64,000 bases of DNA from an uncultured Rhodobacteraceae bacterium (GCA_947499715.1 CANMPL010000008.1:56507-120506), one strand, 5' to 3'; positions 20,226 to 30,885 are shown, counted from the stretch's first letter. Translations and numbers: made by a program. The notes: generated by a model from the sequence alone, not told the origin.

Positions 20226-21047
20226 ATGATCCCACTGGCACAGATGGCCACCGCCGTGCTGACGACCGCAGATGGACGCGAAAAGACCGCGCTGTCACGT
20301 CAATTTGCCGCGCAATGGCAAACCGCGCGCCGCGATGGTGCCGTGCCCGATATCGGGACAGCGGACCCGCCGGATTTCCCCGCGCGCCCGGCGGAACCTG
20401 TGCTTTTGGATCCCCGCGATGTGCCGCATCGCAAGCCGGGATCAGAAGCCGGGCGCATCGCCCTGTTGCACGCGGTCGCGCATATCGAACTGAACGCCGT
20501 TGACCTGCACTGGGACGTTATTGCGCGGTTTTCAGACACGCCCCTGCCGATTGGTTTTTATGACGATTGGGTCAAGGCAGCTGACGAAGAATCCAAGCAT
20601 TTCAATCTGATGTGCGATTGCCTTGAAGCGCTGGGATCTCACTATGGCGCGTTGCCGGCCCATGCAGGCATGTGGCGGGCTGCAACCGACACGGCCGACG
20701 ATTTGCTGGGGCGTCTGGCTGTCGTTCCGATGGTGCTTGAGGCGCGCGGTCTTGATGTGACGCCCGGCATGATCCAGATCTTCCGCTCTGCCAAACAGGC
20801 CGACGCCGTGGCCGCACTTGAAACGATCTACGCCGAAGAGGTCCACCATGTGGCTTACGGATCCAAATGGTTCCATTTCCTTTGCGGACGCGAAAACCTT
20901 GATCCGACACCTGTCTTTCATGATTTGGTCAGGCGCTATTTTCACGGCAATCTCAAGCCGCCGTTCAACGAAGAAAAACGCGCAGAGGCTGGCATCCCGC
21001 CGGATTTCTACTGGCCACTCGCCGGAACCGGTCAAACGAGCCGGTAA
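20226..21047 (+). CDS. DUF455 ferritin-like domain protein
   Basis: HIELNAVDLHWD ... DWVKAADEESKHF ... EEVHHV is a di-iron-like helix pattern typical of DUF455. Confidence 0.75.
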   Translation: MIPLAQMATAVLTTADGREKTALSRQFAAQWQTARRDGAVPDIGTADPPDFPARPAEPVLLDPRDVPHRKPGSEAGRIALLHAVAHIELNAVDLHWDVIARFSDTPLPIGFYDDWVKAADEESKHFNLMCDCLEALGSHYGALPAHAGMWRAATDTADDLLGRLAVVPMVLEARGLDVTPGMIQIFRSAKQADAVAALETIYAEEVHHVAYGSKWFHFLCGRENLDPTPVFHDLVRRYFHGNLKPPFNEEKRAEAGIPPDFYWPLAGTGQTSR

Positions 21048-21156
21048 AATCTTCGGCGAGAAGCCGCCCAAGTGACGGAAAAGCGTCACAAAAACCGATA
21101 ATTGGTTGCACGATGGCCCGGTGCTGGATAGACCGTAGCCAACGGCGTGGAAGGGT

Positions 21157-22512
21157 GTGGGAACCTGCCGGTGGGAAATGGGACGGGACAGGGACGAAGC
21201 CGTGAAATCACGACTGACGCAAGCGATACACCATAAGCTCGAAAAATGGTTTCCGGAAAAGCGGCTCTTTCTGCGATCCGACACTGAAACCCGTTTCATT
21301 CGCCTGATGCCCGAAACCCAGTTGATCGGTTGGGCCGGTGCCGTTGTTGTCGTTGGCTGGACCATCATTTCAACAGCAATCCTTTTGATGGACAGCATTG
21401 GTGCGGGCAATTTCCGTGCGCAGGCGCAGCGTGATCAGATGATCTATGAACAGCGCCTGAACAGTCTTTCGGCCGAACGGGACGCCCGCGCGGAAGAGGC
21501 TGTTGCCGCTCAACAGCGCTTCTCCTCTGCCCTCGCGCAGATCAGCACCATGCAGTCCGAACTGCTCGCCCTCGAAGACCAACGCCGCGAACTTGAGACC
21601 GGACTAGAGGTTGTTCAGGCCACCCTGCGCAACACCATGAAGCAACGCGAAGCCGCCCGCGACCAGATCGCATCCCTGACCGATGACGGGTCCGCCGGGC
21701 CAACGACAGCGACAATCAGCCAAGAAGCGGAAAGCACCGTCGATCTGCTCGCATCTGCCCTGGCCGAAACAACGGCAGAGCGTGACATGATCGCATCCGA
21801 CGCGGCCTTTGCGCTGGATCACGCCGCAGAGATGGAGCTGGAGCTGCGTCTATTGCAGGAACGCAATGACGAAATCTTCCGCCAACTCGAAGAAGCTATG
21901 ACAATTTCGGTGGAACCGCTGGACAAGATGTTCCGCAACGCAGGGCTTTCGCCCGACAGCCTGATTTCCGCCGTGCGCCGTGGCTATTCCGGCACCGGTG
22001 GGCCCCTGACGCCATTGCAATTCTCGACCAAGGGCGGCGCGCCCGATCCCGATGCGGCCCGCGCCAACGGCATTCTTGACGCGATGGACCGGATCAACCT
22101 TTACCGGATCGCCGCCGAAAAGGCGCCGTTTGATATCCCTGTCAAATCCAACTTCCGCTTCACCTCTGGCTTTGGTCAGCGCTGGGGCCGCCTGCACGCG
22201 GGCACAGACTTTGCCGGTCCGATCGGCACCCCTATCTATTCCACCGCAGATGGCGTGGTCACACACGCCAGTTGGTCTTCCGGCTACGGCCGTCTTATCA
22301 AAATTCAGCACGAGTTCGGGATCGAAACCCGATACGCCCATTTGAACAGTATGCGCGTGTCAGTTGGTCAAAGGGTCTCGCGTGGGCAACGAATTGGTGA
22401 TATGGGCAACTCCGGAAGGTCCACTGGACCACACCTTCACTACGAAGTGCGCGTAGGCGGTTCACCCGTCAATCCCATGACCTACATAAGAGCTGGACAA
22501 GATGTTTTCTAA
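21157..22512 (+). CDS. Membrane-anchored coiled-coil M23 (LytM-type) peptidoglycan endopeptidase
   Basis: One TM helix (LIGWAGAVVVVGWTIISTAILL), a long coiled-coil region, and a C-terminal M23 domain with intact HAGTD and HLHYE zinc motifs. The start is uncertain: GTG at 21157 or ATG at 21178. Confidence 0.88.
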   Translation: MGTCRWEMGRDRDEAVKSRLTQAIHHKLEKWFPEKRLFLRSDTETRFIRLMPETQLIGWAGAVVVVGWTIISTAILLMDSIGAGNFRAQAQRDQMIYEQRLNSLSAERDARAEEAVAAQQRFSSALAQISTMQSELLALEDQRRELETGLEVVQATLRNTMKQREAARDQIASLTDDGSAGPTTATISQEAESTVDLLASALAETTAERDMIASDAAFALDHAAEMELELRLLQERNDEIFRQLEEAMTISVEPLDKMFRNAGLSPDSLISAVRRGYSGTGGPLTPLQFSTKGGAPDPDAARANGILDAMDRINLYRIAAEKAPFDIPVKSNFRFTSGFGQRWGRLHAGTDFAGPIGTPIYSTADGVVTHASWSSGYGRLIKIQHEFGIETRYAHLNSMRVSVGQRVSRGQRIGDMGNSGRSTGPHLHYEVRVGGSPVNPMTYIRAGQDVF

Positions 22513-22993
22513 ATCCAAAATCAACGAACCCGGACCCAAGACAGACGGTGCGCCTGCACCAGCAGAAGCCCCCGCAAAGGCGGCCCCTGCCTCTGACTTC
22601 AAGGCGTCCGCCCCAAAAGCAAAGCCACCCGCGTCGACTCTGTCGGCTGATTTGCATGTCACCGGCAACCTCAAGACCACCGGCGATATTCAGATCGAAG
22701 GCCAGGTTGATGGCGACATTCGCGCGCACCTGCTGACCGTCGGCGAAGGTGCCACTGTCAAAGGCGAAGTGATGGCCGACGATGTTGTCGTCAATGGCCG
22801 CGTCGTGGGCCGCGTGCGTGGCCTGAAGGTCCGCCTGACATCCACCGCCCGCGTCGAAGGTGATATCATTCACAAAACCATCGCCATCGAAAGCGGCGCC
22901 CACTTTGAAGGCTCTGTTCAGCGTCAGGACGATCCTTTGTCCACCGGTGGCCCTGCCAAAGCAAAGATGCCGACTGATTCCGCCAAGAGCTAA
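22502..22993 (+). CDS. Bactofilin
   Basis: A beta-helical repeat core (GNLKTTGDIQIEGQVDGDI ... VNGRVVGRVRG ... VEGDIIH) flanked by Pro/Ala-rich tails. It overlaps the M23 gene by 11 nt. Confidence 0.9.
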   Translation: MFSKSKINEPGPKTDGAPAPAEAPAKAAPASDFKASAPKAKPPASTLSADLHVTGNLKTTGDIQIEGQVDGDIRAHLLTVGEGATVKGEVMADDVVVNGRVVGRVRGLKVRLTSTARVEGDIIHKTIAIESGAHFEGSVQRQDDPLSTGGPAKAKMPTDSAKS

Positions 22994-22995
22994 GC

Positions 22996-24486
22996 TTGGC
23001 CGATAACACCCCTTCTGAACGGGCCGCACCCCCTCGGGCGCGGCCCGTTTTTGATGCGGGGTTTTGCGACGAAGGCAAGCGGCGGCTGATCTTGGTTGCC
23101 GCTGTACTTGGGTCGTCGATGGGGTTTATTGACGGTACCGTGGTCAGCATCGCGATGCCTGCGATCCGTCAATCCATGGGTGCCTCGCTTGATCAAGCCA
23201 CATGGATCAACAACGCCTATATGGTCACGCTCGCGGCGCTTATCCTTGTTGGCGGTGCCTTTGGTGATCGCTTTGGTCTGGCTCGTGTATTTTCCATGGG
23301 GATCGGCGTCTTTATCGTCAGCTCCTTGGTGTGCGCGATCGCGCCTAGCCCAGACGTGCTGATCACCGCCCGCCTCGCCCAAGGGGCCGGTGCCGCGATG
23401 ATGATCCCTGGCAGTCTTGCAATGATTTCGCGGGCCTATCCGCGCGATATCCGTGGCCGCGCCATAGGCCTTTGGGCGGCCGCCTCGGCAGTGACAACGG
23501 CCTCGGGGCCAATCATCGGCGGGCTTGCGCTATCGCTTGGCGGGCCAGAGATGTGGCGCTGGATCTTTGCCATCAACCTGCCGCTTGGCCTGATTGCCTT
23601 GGTGATGATCCGCATCGGTGTCGCGCGGGATGCCCGCCAACCAGACCAGCCGGTTGACCTTTTGGGGGCCGGCCTTGCAATCACCGGTCTGGGTGCCTTG
23701 GCCTGGGCGCTGACCCACCTCGAAGGGCGCGGCACAACAGCCCTGACATGGCTCATCGGTCTGGGTGCCATCGCCGTCTTCCTTGGCTTCCTATGGCAAG
23801 AACACCGCAGCAGGCATCCGATGCTGCCGCTATCGCTCTTTTCCGACCGGACCTTTTCCGCCGCCAACGCAGCGACCTTCGCGCTTTATTTTGGCATGTC
23901 AGCCATCATGTTCTTTCTGCCCATGCTGACGGTCGCGGGCTGGAATATATCAGAGATTGAGGCCGCCGCCGCCTTCGCCCCGTTATCAATTTTCATCGCC
24001 GCTTTCTCGACCCGCTTTGGCCGCCTGTCGGATCGCATCGGTGCAGGCCCGGTGATCGCCACGGGTGCCGCAACCGTTGCCTTGGGCTACACCGCGTTGG
24101 CACTTGTGGCACCGATGCAGCTTTATTGGCTGACAGTGTTACCTGCGATGACCGTCGCGGGGTTTGGCATGGCGATGGTTGTGGCACCGCTGTCGACAGC
24201 GGTGATGGGCGCGGTTGCCGATCAACGCTCTGGCACGGCATCAGGCGTGAACAACGCGCTCAGCCGGATTGCCGGGCTGATGGCCGTTGCGGCCATGGGG
24301 TCACTCATCGGCTTTGCCTACGCACGTGCCGGGGGCGTGTTTAGCTACGGTGAAACCCTGTCCGACGATGCCCATATCGCCGCCATGGGTGCCGCCTTTG
24401 CGATCATTGCATGGGTTGCGGCGGGTTTGGCTGCCTTCTCTGCGATCATCGCCTATTTTGGAATACCTTCAAAATCGCGGTCATAA
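22996..24486 (+). CDS. MFS drug/H+ antiporter, DHA2 (EmrB/QacA, 14-TM) type; start codon uncertain
   Basis: [14 protein letters not shown] in TM1 and a GDRFG motif. Length and hydrophobicity fit 14 TM helices. The only in-frame start before TM1 is the TTG at 22996, but a strong terminator hairpin lies at 23018-23052, inside these first codons. Confidence 0.8.
   Translation: MADNTPSERAAPPRARPVFDAGFCDEGKRRLILVAAVLGSSMGFIDGTVVSIAMPAIRQSMGASLDQATWINNAYMVTLAALILVGGAFGDRFGLARVFSMGIGVFIVSSLVCAIAPSPDVLITARLAQGAGAAMMIPGSLAMISRAYPRDIRGRAIGLWAAASAVTTASGPIIGGLALSLGGPEMWRWIFAINLPLGLIALVMIRIGVARDARQPDQPVDLLGAGLAITGLGALAWALTHLEGRGTTALTWLIGLGAIAVFLGFLWQEHRSRHPMLPLSLFSDRTFSAANAATFALYFGMSAIMFFLPMLTVAGWNISEIEAAAAFAPLSIFIAAFSTRFGRLSDRIGAGPVIATGAATVALGYTALALVAPMQLYWLTVLPAMTVAGFGMAMVVAPLSTAVMGAVADQRSGTASGVNNALSRIAGLMAVAAMGSLIGFAYARAGGVFSYGETLSDDAHIAAMGAAFAIIAWVAAGLAAFSAIIAYFGIPSKSRS
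23018..23052 (+). terminator. Rho-independent terminator after the bactofilin gene
   Basis: AACGGGCCGC-12 nt-GCGGCCCGTT: a perfect 10-bp stem running into TTTTT. Confidence 0.7.
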
Positions 24487-25250
24487 AGCGCGCGCCGGTA
24501 GACGTGCCATGTCGCATGCCCCAACACCGGCAAGACCACCATCAACCCCAAAAACCACGGCAACAGGGCTGCAAAACTCAGCACCGCAATTACCGCAGCC
24601 CAAACCAACATCACCGCCAAGTTTGCCAAGACCGTGCGCACCGACAGGATCATCGCGCTGACAAAATCCACCTCTTTTTCCAGCAAGAGCGGCAGGCTCA
24701 CCACGGTCAGCGCAAACAGCAAAAACGCCAGCACGGCCCCCACCAGCACCTCAGCTGTGATCATCCGCAGCCCAGCGGGCGTCCATAAGATCGACAAATC
24801 GGTCGAGATATTGGTGATCGCTGAAACGCCCATGAACAGCGCGAAAATCATATGCGCCAGAAACGTCCAAAACAGAAAGTAGAAGACGATGATCGCGCCC
24901 ATCCACGGGATCTGCCGCCCCCGCTCTGCCCAGACCACGCCCAGCACATCGCGCCACGCCAGCGGCAAATCCGCCTCCAACCGGCGCGACACCTCGTATA
25001 GCCCCACGGCGGCAAAGGGTGCAGCCAAGGGAAACCCAAGCGCCGTTGCCAATGTCCAGGTGACATGCCCTGCCCCGATCCAAAGCAGAATGAAACCGCC
25101 CACCACATAGACCGCGCTAAAGAACAGCCCAAACACCGGCGCGCGCCGAAAGTCGGCAAGCCCCATCTTCAGACAGGTCCACAATTCATGCAGCGTCAGC
25201 GTGCCAATCAATGGAAGCGGCGCGGGTCCGGTGTCATCTTGGGTCTTCAT
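24453..25250 (-). CDS. Multi-pass membrane protein, DUF2189-like
   Basis: N-terminal [26 protein letters not shown] followed by several TM helices. The family assignment is from memory. Confidence 0.6.
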   Translation of the reverse strand: MKTQDDTGPAPLPLIGTLTLHELWTCLKMGLADFRRAPVFGLFFSAVYVVGGFILLWIGAGHVTWTLATALGFPLAAPFAAVGLYEVSRRLEADLPLAWRDVLGVVWAERGRQIPWMGAIIVFYFLFWTFLAHMIFALFMGVSAITNISTDLSILWTPAGLRMITAEVLVGAVLAFLLFALTVVSLPLLLEKEVDFVSAMILSVRTVLANLAVMLVWAAVIAVLSFAALLPWFLGLMVVLPVLGHATWHVYRRALYDRDFEGIPK

Positions 25251-25293
25251 GGTGCCAGATTAAGCGCGCCCGAACCCGTGGCCTTGATCTACA

Positions 25294-26421
25294 TCAATCC
25301 TCGGCAGTGGCCTCTGCACGGCTCTTGCCGCTGACGTCCATCGCCAGCGTGGCCGCCATCAACCCGTCCAGATCGCCATCCAACACACCGGATGTATCCG
25401 AAGTCTCATACCTTGTGCGCAGGTCCTTCACCATTTGATAGGGCTGCAACACATAAGACCGGATCTGGTTGCCCCATCCTGCGTCGCCTGCGTTTTCATG
25501 CACCTCATTGACCAGCGCCGACCGCTTGTCCAATTCGATCTGATACAACCGCGACTTCAACGCCTTCATCGCGATATCGCGGTTCTGGTGCTGCGACTTT
25601 TCCGAACTCGTCACGACGATGCCCGTAGGATGGTGCGTGATCCGCACCGCCGAATCCGTCGTGTTCACGTGCTGACCACCGGCACCCGATGACCGGTAGG
25701 TATCAATACGGATGTCGCTGGGGTTCACTTCAATCTCGATATTGTCGTCTACCACGGGATAGACCTTGACCGAGGTGAAAGACGTGTGCCGTTTTGCAGC
25801 ACTGTCAAAGGGTGAAATCCGCACCAGCCGATGCACGCCGCTTTCCGACTTAAGCCAGCCATAGGCGTTCTGCCCGCTGATCTTATAGGACGCCGACTTG
25901 ATCCCCGCCTCTTCGCCCGGACTCTCGGACTGCAACTCGACGGTATAGCCCTTTTTCTCGGCCCATCGGACATACATCCGCGCCAACATCGACGCCCAAT
26001 CGCAGGATTCCGTGCCGCCCGCGCCAGAGTTGATCTCGAGGAAGGTATCGTTGCCATCCGCCTCGCCGTTCAGCAACGCCTCTAGTTCCTTCTTGGCCGC
26101 CTTGGCCTTGAGCTTTTCAAGTGCGGCTTCCGCCTCCGTCACCACCTCGGTGTCGTCTTCCATCTCGCCAAGCTCGATCAGGTCAATATTGTCCTGCAAT
26201 TCCGTCTTGATGCCATCGTAACTTTCCATCGCATCAACCAGCATCTGCCGCTCGCGCATCAGCTTCTGGGCCGCCGCGGGATCATCCCATAGGTTCGGGT
26301 CTTCGACGCGGGCGTTGAATTCTTCCAGTCGATGTGCGGCGGTCTCTTGATCCATGCGCTGCGCCAGCAATTCCAACGAATTGCGGATCGCTTCGATTGT
26401 GTTTTCGGTCTCAGCGCGCAT
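25294..26421 (-). CDS. prfB: Peptide chain release factor 2, a single uninterrupted ORF
   Basis: SPF tripeptide ([15 protein letters not shown]) and GGQ (SGAGGQHVN). The N-terminus is contiguous, so no +1 frameshift site is needed. Confidence 0.96.
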   Translation of the reverse strand: MRAETENTIEAIRNSLELLAQRMDQETAAHRLEEFNARVEDPNLWDDPAAAQKLMRERQMLVDAMESYDGIKTELQDNIDLIELGEMEDDTEVVTEAEAALEKLKAKAAKKELEALLNGEADGNDTFLEINSGAGGTESCDWASMLARMYVRWAEKKGYTVELQSESPGEEAGIKSASYKISGQNAYGWLKSESGVHRLVRISPFDSAAKRHTSFTSVKVYPVVDDNIEIEVNPSDIRIDTYRSSGAGGQHVNTTDSAVRITHHPTGIVVTSSEKSQHQNRDIAMKALKSRLYQIELDKRSALVNEVHENAGDAGWGNQIRSYVLQPYQMVKDLRTRYETSDTSGVLDGDLDGLMAATLAMDVSGKSRAEATAED

Positions 26422-26522
26422 GGGCCCGGATCCTGCCTGTCATTGGTGTTATGGGGTGATAGCCCGGCCCTACGGGGTGGACAAGGTAGGGCGGGCAATC
26501 TGCCCACCCTCATCGCGTCGTA

Positions 26523-29015
26523 TCAGTACAAACCACCCGAGGACAGTGACCCAAACGTGGCCCGTGGGCCAACTTGTGCGGTGCCACCTGTCGATGTGGT
26601 GACCTGCCGCGCGGCACGTGGCACTTCGTCAAACAGTGGCAGGTCGGCAGCCATCGCAAAGCCACCATCAAATGTAATGCCAAACACAGGCTCTTCGCCG
26701 GGGCGGAAGCATTCCGCGATCACATTCTCGCCGCCCGCGCTATCAGGCAAACGCGCACCGGTGAAACGGTCGATCTTGATGAATTGGCAATCGGCGGGAA
26801 CAAAAAACTCTCCTCCGCCGTATTTCTGGATGGCCTGAGTCATGAATGTGTTGAACACCGGGCCGCAAATGCCGCCACCGCCTGCGCCCTTACCCATCGG
26901 GCGCGGTGTGTCGTAACCAATGTAGCAACCGGCCACGATGTTGGACGAAAAGCCCACGAACCATGCATCCTTTTCGTCGTTGGTCGTACCGGTCTTGCCG
27001 GCAATCGCCACTGGCAGGTTCACCGTCCCACTGGCCGTGCCGCGATCTACCACGCCCTCCAACATGCTGGTCAGCTGATATGCGGTAATTTCATTCATTA
27101 CCCGCTCGCGGTCAGACGTGATCTGAGGCCGCATTCCGGCGGGCAATGTCTGGTCATTACAATCCACACAAATCCGCTGATCGTGGCGGAACACCGTGTG
27201 GCCGTAACGGTCCTGCACCCGGTCCACCAGCGTCGGCTCCACGCGTTCGCCGCCATTGGCAAACATCGCATAGGCCGCCACCATCTTGAACAGCGTGGTT
27301 TCCTCTGACCCCAGTGATGCCGCAAGCACCCGGTTCATATTGTCATAAACGCCAAACTTTTCCGCATAGCGCGCGACCGTGTCCATCCCCACCTCTTGCG
27401 CAAGGCGAATGGTCATCAGGTTCCGAGATTTCTCGATGCCCGTGCGCAACGGCGTCGGCCCATAAAACTGGTTGGAATAGTTCTTGGGCCGCCAAACACC
27501 CTGCGGGGTGTTGATCTCAATCGGGGCGTCCACAACGATCGTCGCGGGCGAATAGCCCGAATCCAGTGCGGCGGCATAAACAAACGGCTTGAAGGATGAA
27601 CCGGGCTGACGCTGTGCTTGCGTGGCACGGTTAAAGACCGAATGCTGGTAGCTAAACCCACCCTGCATCGCCAACACGCGACCAGTGTTGACGTCCATCG
27701 CCATGAACCCGCCCTGCACTTCCGGCACCTGCCGCAGGCTCCAACGGATCAGCGATCCGTCGCTATCGTTGGTCATCTGGCGCACATGCACCACGTCGCC
27801 GGGCTCAAAATTATCAAAGAAATTACCCAGCATCCACTGGATGTCATCGCGCGGCACTTCGACCAGACCGTTCACGCCATCTGCCCCCAGCGTCATCACC
27901 TGATCTTCGATCTCAAGCACGACGGCGGGATACCAGCGACCATTGAGCGTGATGTCACGCGCCACGACCACATCCGACAACGCCTCGCGCCATTGCCCGG
28001 CTGTCGCCAGTTCTTCCACCGGGATGGTTTTGCCGGTGCCACGCCAACGGCCCAACCCGCGGTCATATTGCTCTAACGCGCGCTGCAAGGCGTGTGCCGC
28101 CTCAACCTGCATTTCGGGGTCAATCGTCGCGCGGATCGACAAACCGCCGGAAAAGAATTCCTCTTCGCCAAAGTTCTGGCTCAGCTGGCGGCGGATCTCG
28201 TCGGTGAAATAGTCGCGCGGCGGCAGATCCGACTTAAAGCTATCGTAGTCGCCATTTTGCACCGTGCGCAGCGGCTCATTGACGGCAACATCATAGGCCG
28301 CTTCGTCGATATAGCCGTTCTCGAACATCTCTTCGAGGATGAAGTTCCGGCGCGCAATCGACCGATCTTTCTGGCTTACCGGATCATAGCGCGACGGCGC
28401 TTTGGGCAGCACCGCAAGATAGGCCGCCTCTTCGACGGTCAGCTCTGACAGGCTCTTGTTGAAATAGGTCAGCGCTGCGGCCGTCACACCAAAGCTGTTC
28501 TTGCCCAGAAAAATTTCGTTCAGGTAAAGCTCAAGGATCTTTTCCTTCGGCATTGCCCCTTCAATCCGGGTCGCAAGAATGATCTCTTTGATCTTCCGCT
28601 CTGCGCTGCGTGACCCATCCAAAAGGAAGTTCTTCATCACCTGCTGGGTGATCGTCGACGCCCCGCGCAAATCCTCGCCCCGGCTGCGCACTGCATCAAA
28701 CAGGGCCGCCGCCATACCGCGCGGGTCATAGCCCGCGTGGGTGTAGAAATTCTTGTCTTCGGCACTGATAAACGCCTGTTTCACCAAATCGGGGATCTCT
28801 TCAGCGGGCGTGAACAGGCGGCGTTCGACCGCAAATTCATCAATGATGTTGCCCTCGCCCGAATAGATCCGGCTGATGGTCTTGGGCGTATAGGTCGCCA
28901 AAACCTCGTATGACGGCAAATCCCGGCCATACATGTAAAAGATCCCGCCCAGCGTAAAACCGGCCATCACCAGACCAAGCGTCAGCATCGAAAAGATGCT
29001 GCCAAAAAAGGACAT
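26523..29015 (-). CDS. mrcA: Penicillin-binding protein 1A (bifunctional glycosyltransferase/transpeptidase)
   Basis: TM start MSFFGSIFSMLTLGLVMAG, GT51 motifs (AFISAEDKNFYTHAGYD, RKIKE), and transpeptidase SSFKP and KTGTTN. The listed 29093 start adds 26 unlikely residues. Confidence 0.93.
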   Translation of the reverse strand: MSFFGSIFSMLTLGLVMAGFTLGGIFYMYGRDLPSYEVLATYTPKTISRIYSGEGNIIDEFAVERRLFTPAEEIPDLVKQAFISAEDKNFYTHAGYDPRGMAAALFDAVRSRGEDLRGASTITQQVMKNFLLDGSRSAERKIKEIILATRIEGAMPKEKILELYLNEIFLGKNSFGVTAAALTYFNKSLSELTVEEAAYLAVLPKAPSRYDPVSQKDRSIARRNFILEEMFENGYIDEAAYDVAVNEPLRTVQNGDYDSFKSDLPPRDYFTDEIRRQLSQNFGEEEFFSGGLSIRATIDPEMQVEAAHALQRALEQYDRGLGRWRGTGKTIPVEELATAGQWREALSDVVVARDITLNGRWYPAVVLEIEDQVMTLGADGVNGLVEVPRDDIQWMLGNFFDNFEPGDVVHVRQMTNDSDGSLIRWSLRQVPEVQGGFMAMDVNTGRVLAMQGGFSYQHSVFNRATQAQRQPGSSFKPFVYAAALDSGYSPATIVVDAPIEINTPQGVWRPKNYSNQFYGPTPLRTGIEKSRNLMTIRLAQEVGMDTVARYAEKFGVYDNMNRVLAASLGSEETTLFKMVAAYAMFANGGERVEPTLVDRVQDRYGHTVFRHDQRICVDCNDQTLPAGMRPQITSDRERVMNEITAYQLTSMLEGVVDRGTASGTVNLPVAIAGKTGTTNDEKDAWFVGFSSNIVAGCYIGYDTPRPMGKGAGGGGICGPVFNTFMTQAIQKYGGGEFFVPADCQFIKIDRFTGARLPDSAGGENVIAECFRPGEEPVFGITFDGGFAMAADLPLFDEVPRAARQVTTSTGGTAQVGPRATFGSLSSGGLY

Positions 29016-29101
29016 AACAAATCGCAACAAGGGGCTCGCCTCACGAAACCGGTGACATGGGATGCTTATAGGGTGTGCACCGGGCAGGGTCAAAAGCTCA
29101 A

Positions 29102-29128
29102 GCGGCGCAATTGGCCAAATTGCGCCGC
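29102..29128 (-). terminator. Perfect 11-bp hairpin between the MBL hydrolase gene and mrcA
   Basis: GCGGCGCAATT-ggcca-AATTGCGCCGC. The minus-strand downstream sequence is TGAGCTTTTG. Confidence 0.5.
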
Positions 29129-29158
29129 GTTATCGCTCACTTCTTCATGAGTTTTTGA

Positions 29159-29947
29159 CTAGGCAGGCATGATCTCGTCGCCATACCACGGCGCAAACTT
29201 CACTTCTGTCCCCGCACCCACCAATTCTGCAAAGGCCATTGGGTCCTGCGTGCCGCCATCCCGGCCACGGTAATGGTAGGGATAGACGTAGGTCGGCGCG
29301 AATTCGGTGACAGCACTGGCCGCCGCCTCAAGATCCATGGTGAAAGGCAGGTTCATGCAGACAAACGCCAGATCAATCCCTTCAAGGCTCCGCATTTCCG
29401 GCACATCCTCAGTGTCGCCTGAAACATAGACGCGAAAGCCCTCAAACGTCATCACATAGCCATTATCGCGACCCTCGGGGTGAAAATTCATCCGCTCTTC
29501 GGTCAGGTTATGCGCCGGGATGGCGTCAATCGTCAGCCCGTTCCAACTGGCGGTGTCGCCGTTCCCCATCATCTCTGCCTTGGCTTTCAACGGCTCTGGC
29601 AGTTTCTCGAATACCGCGGGGTTCGTGATCAGCTTTGTGGTGTCACCGGTCAGCCCGGCCAAAATATCCGCATTGTAATGATCGCCATGCTCGTGCGTCA
29701 CAAGGATCAGATCAGGTTTCGGCAACCCCTCATAGGCTGCCATATCGCCAACCGGATCCACCGCAATTGTCCCCAGCGGCGTTTCAAACACGATAGAGGC
29801 ATGGTCAACCGGATGCACCGTGATCGGCCCGGCGGGCGTTTCAAAACTGTCGGCAGCATGGCCGTCAGCCCGCACCGTGAATGGCAGGAATGTGATTGTG
29901 CCCGCGGCAGCGGCCTTGGTTAGAAATGCGCGACGTGTGTGTGTCAT
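29159..29947 (-). CDS. Periplasmic MBL-fold metallo-hydrolase with a Tat leader
   Basis: Leader MTHTRRAFLTKAAAAGTITFL and the HEHGDH (HxHxDH) motif. Confidence 0.85.
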   Translation of the reverse strand: MTHTRRAFLTKAAAAGTITFLPFTVRADGHAADSFETPAGPITVHPVDHASIVFETPLGTIAVDPVGDMAAYEGLPKPDLILVTHEHGDHYNADILAGLTGDTTKLITNPAVFEKLPEPLKAKAEMMGNGDTASWNGLTIDAIPAHNLTEERMNFHPEGRDNGYVMTFEGFRVYVSGDTEDVPEMRSLEGIDLAFVCMNLPFTMDLEAAASAVTEFAPTYVYPYHYRGRDGGTQDPMAFAELVGAGTEVKFAPWYGDEIMPA

Positions 29948-30032
29948 GGGACCCCCCTGTTACGTGTTCGCTTGCGGTGCGACATAGCGCCGCCGCCCGC
30001 ACTTTCAACGCAGGTCGCGTGACATTCCGGCG

Positions 30033-30764
30033 CTACCCGCGCAGCTCGGCGACAATCTGCTGCATCTGGTCGAACGGCACATACCCGCGCAACATCTCAT
30101 TCTGCACCACAAAAGTCGGCGTGCCATTGATCTGCAATTGCTGCCCCAAAACCCGGTTGGCATTCAGGATCGCCGCCACCTCATCGCTGTTCATCGCGGC
30201 CAAAATTGGCGCAGCCTCCAGCCCCAGCCCCTCTGCGACGCGGCCCAAGGCTGCCTCGGAAAACTCTCCGCGATAGGCCATCAATGTGTTGTGAACATCC
30301 AGATAGGCCTCATCGCCAGCCACAATCTTGGCCGCGACCGCAAATTGCGATGCAAGCGTGGATTGCTCTCCCAGAATTGGGAATTCCTTGATGATGTAAC
30401 GGATATTCCCGTCGCGATTGATCAGCTCGGCCACCTCGGGATGCGCCTTCTTGCAATAGCCGCAGCGGTAATCAAGGAATTCGACAACCGTGATATCACC
30501 GTCCAGATTGCCACCAACGTAAGAGAACCCATCGTTCAGCAATTGATCGCGTGACGCCGCCAGCATCGCACCTTCGGCCTGCGCCTGCTCTGCCGCCTGC
30601 CGTTCCTCCAAGACGCCGATGGCCTCCATCAACACCTCTGGGTTTTCCAGCAGATAGGCCCGCACTTCAGCGCGGAAGGCCGCGCGCTCGGCGTCGGTCA
30701 TCGCCTCTTGCGCCACAACGGGCGTGGCGAGTGTCAGGGCAAGGGCCAGTGTGCGCAGGATCAT
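30033..30764 (-). CDS. DsbA-family periplasmic thiol:disulfide oxidoreductase
   Basis: Signal peptide MILRTLALALTLATPVVAQ and active site CGYC. The ATG at 30764 with an upstream GAGAG is preferred to the GTG at 30791. Confidence 0.88.
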   Translation of the reverse strand: MILRTLALALTLATPVVAQEAMTDAERAAFRAEVRAYLLENPEVLMEAIGVLEERQAAEQAQAEGAMLAASRDQLLNDGFSYVGGNLDGDITVVEFLDYRCGYCKKAHPEVAELINRDGNIRYIIKEFPILGEQSTLASQFAVAAKIVAGDEAYLDVHNTLMAYRGEFSEAALGRVAEGLGLEAAPILAAMNSDEVAAILNANRVLGQQLQINGTPTFVVQNEMLRGYVPFDQMQQIVAELRG

Positions 30765-30885
30765 CTTTGTTACTCTCTTCACTCGGGTCACCCCGTTTCA
30801 TCACATCGGCGCGCGTAGGCCAAGGTGGCATTGACGCGCAGGCCGTGGGTCGGCACTACATGCCCAAAAGCAGTAGAGGCCCAGC

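Noticed and set aside
26330-26421. A programmed +1 frameshift site in prfB, as in E. coli (CUU UGA C near codon 26).
   Set aside because: The RF2 N-terminus ([36 protein letters not shown]...) is one continuous ORF of 375 aa. This gene has no in-frame stop and does not need a frameshift.
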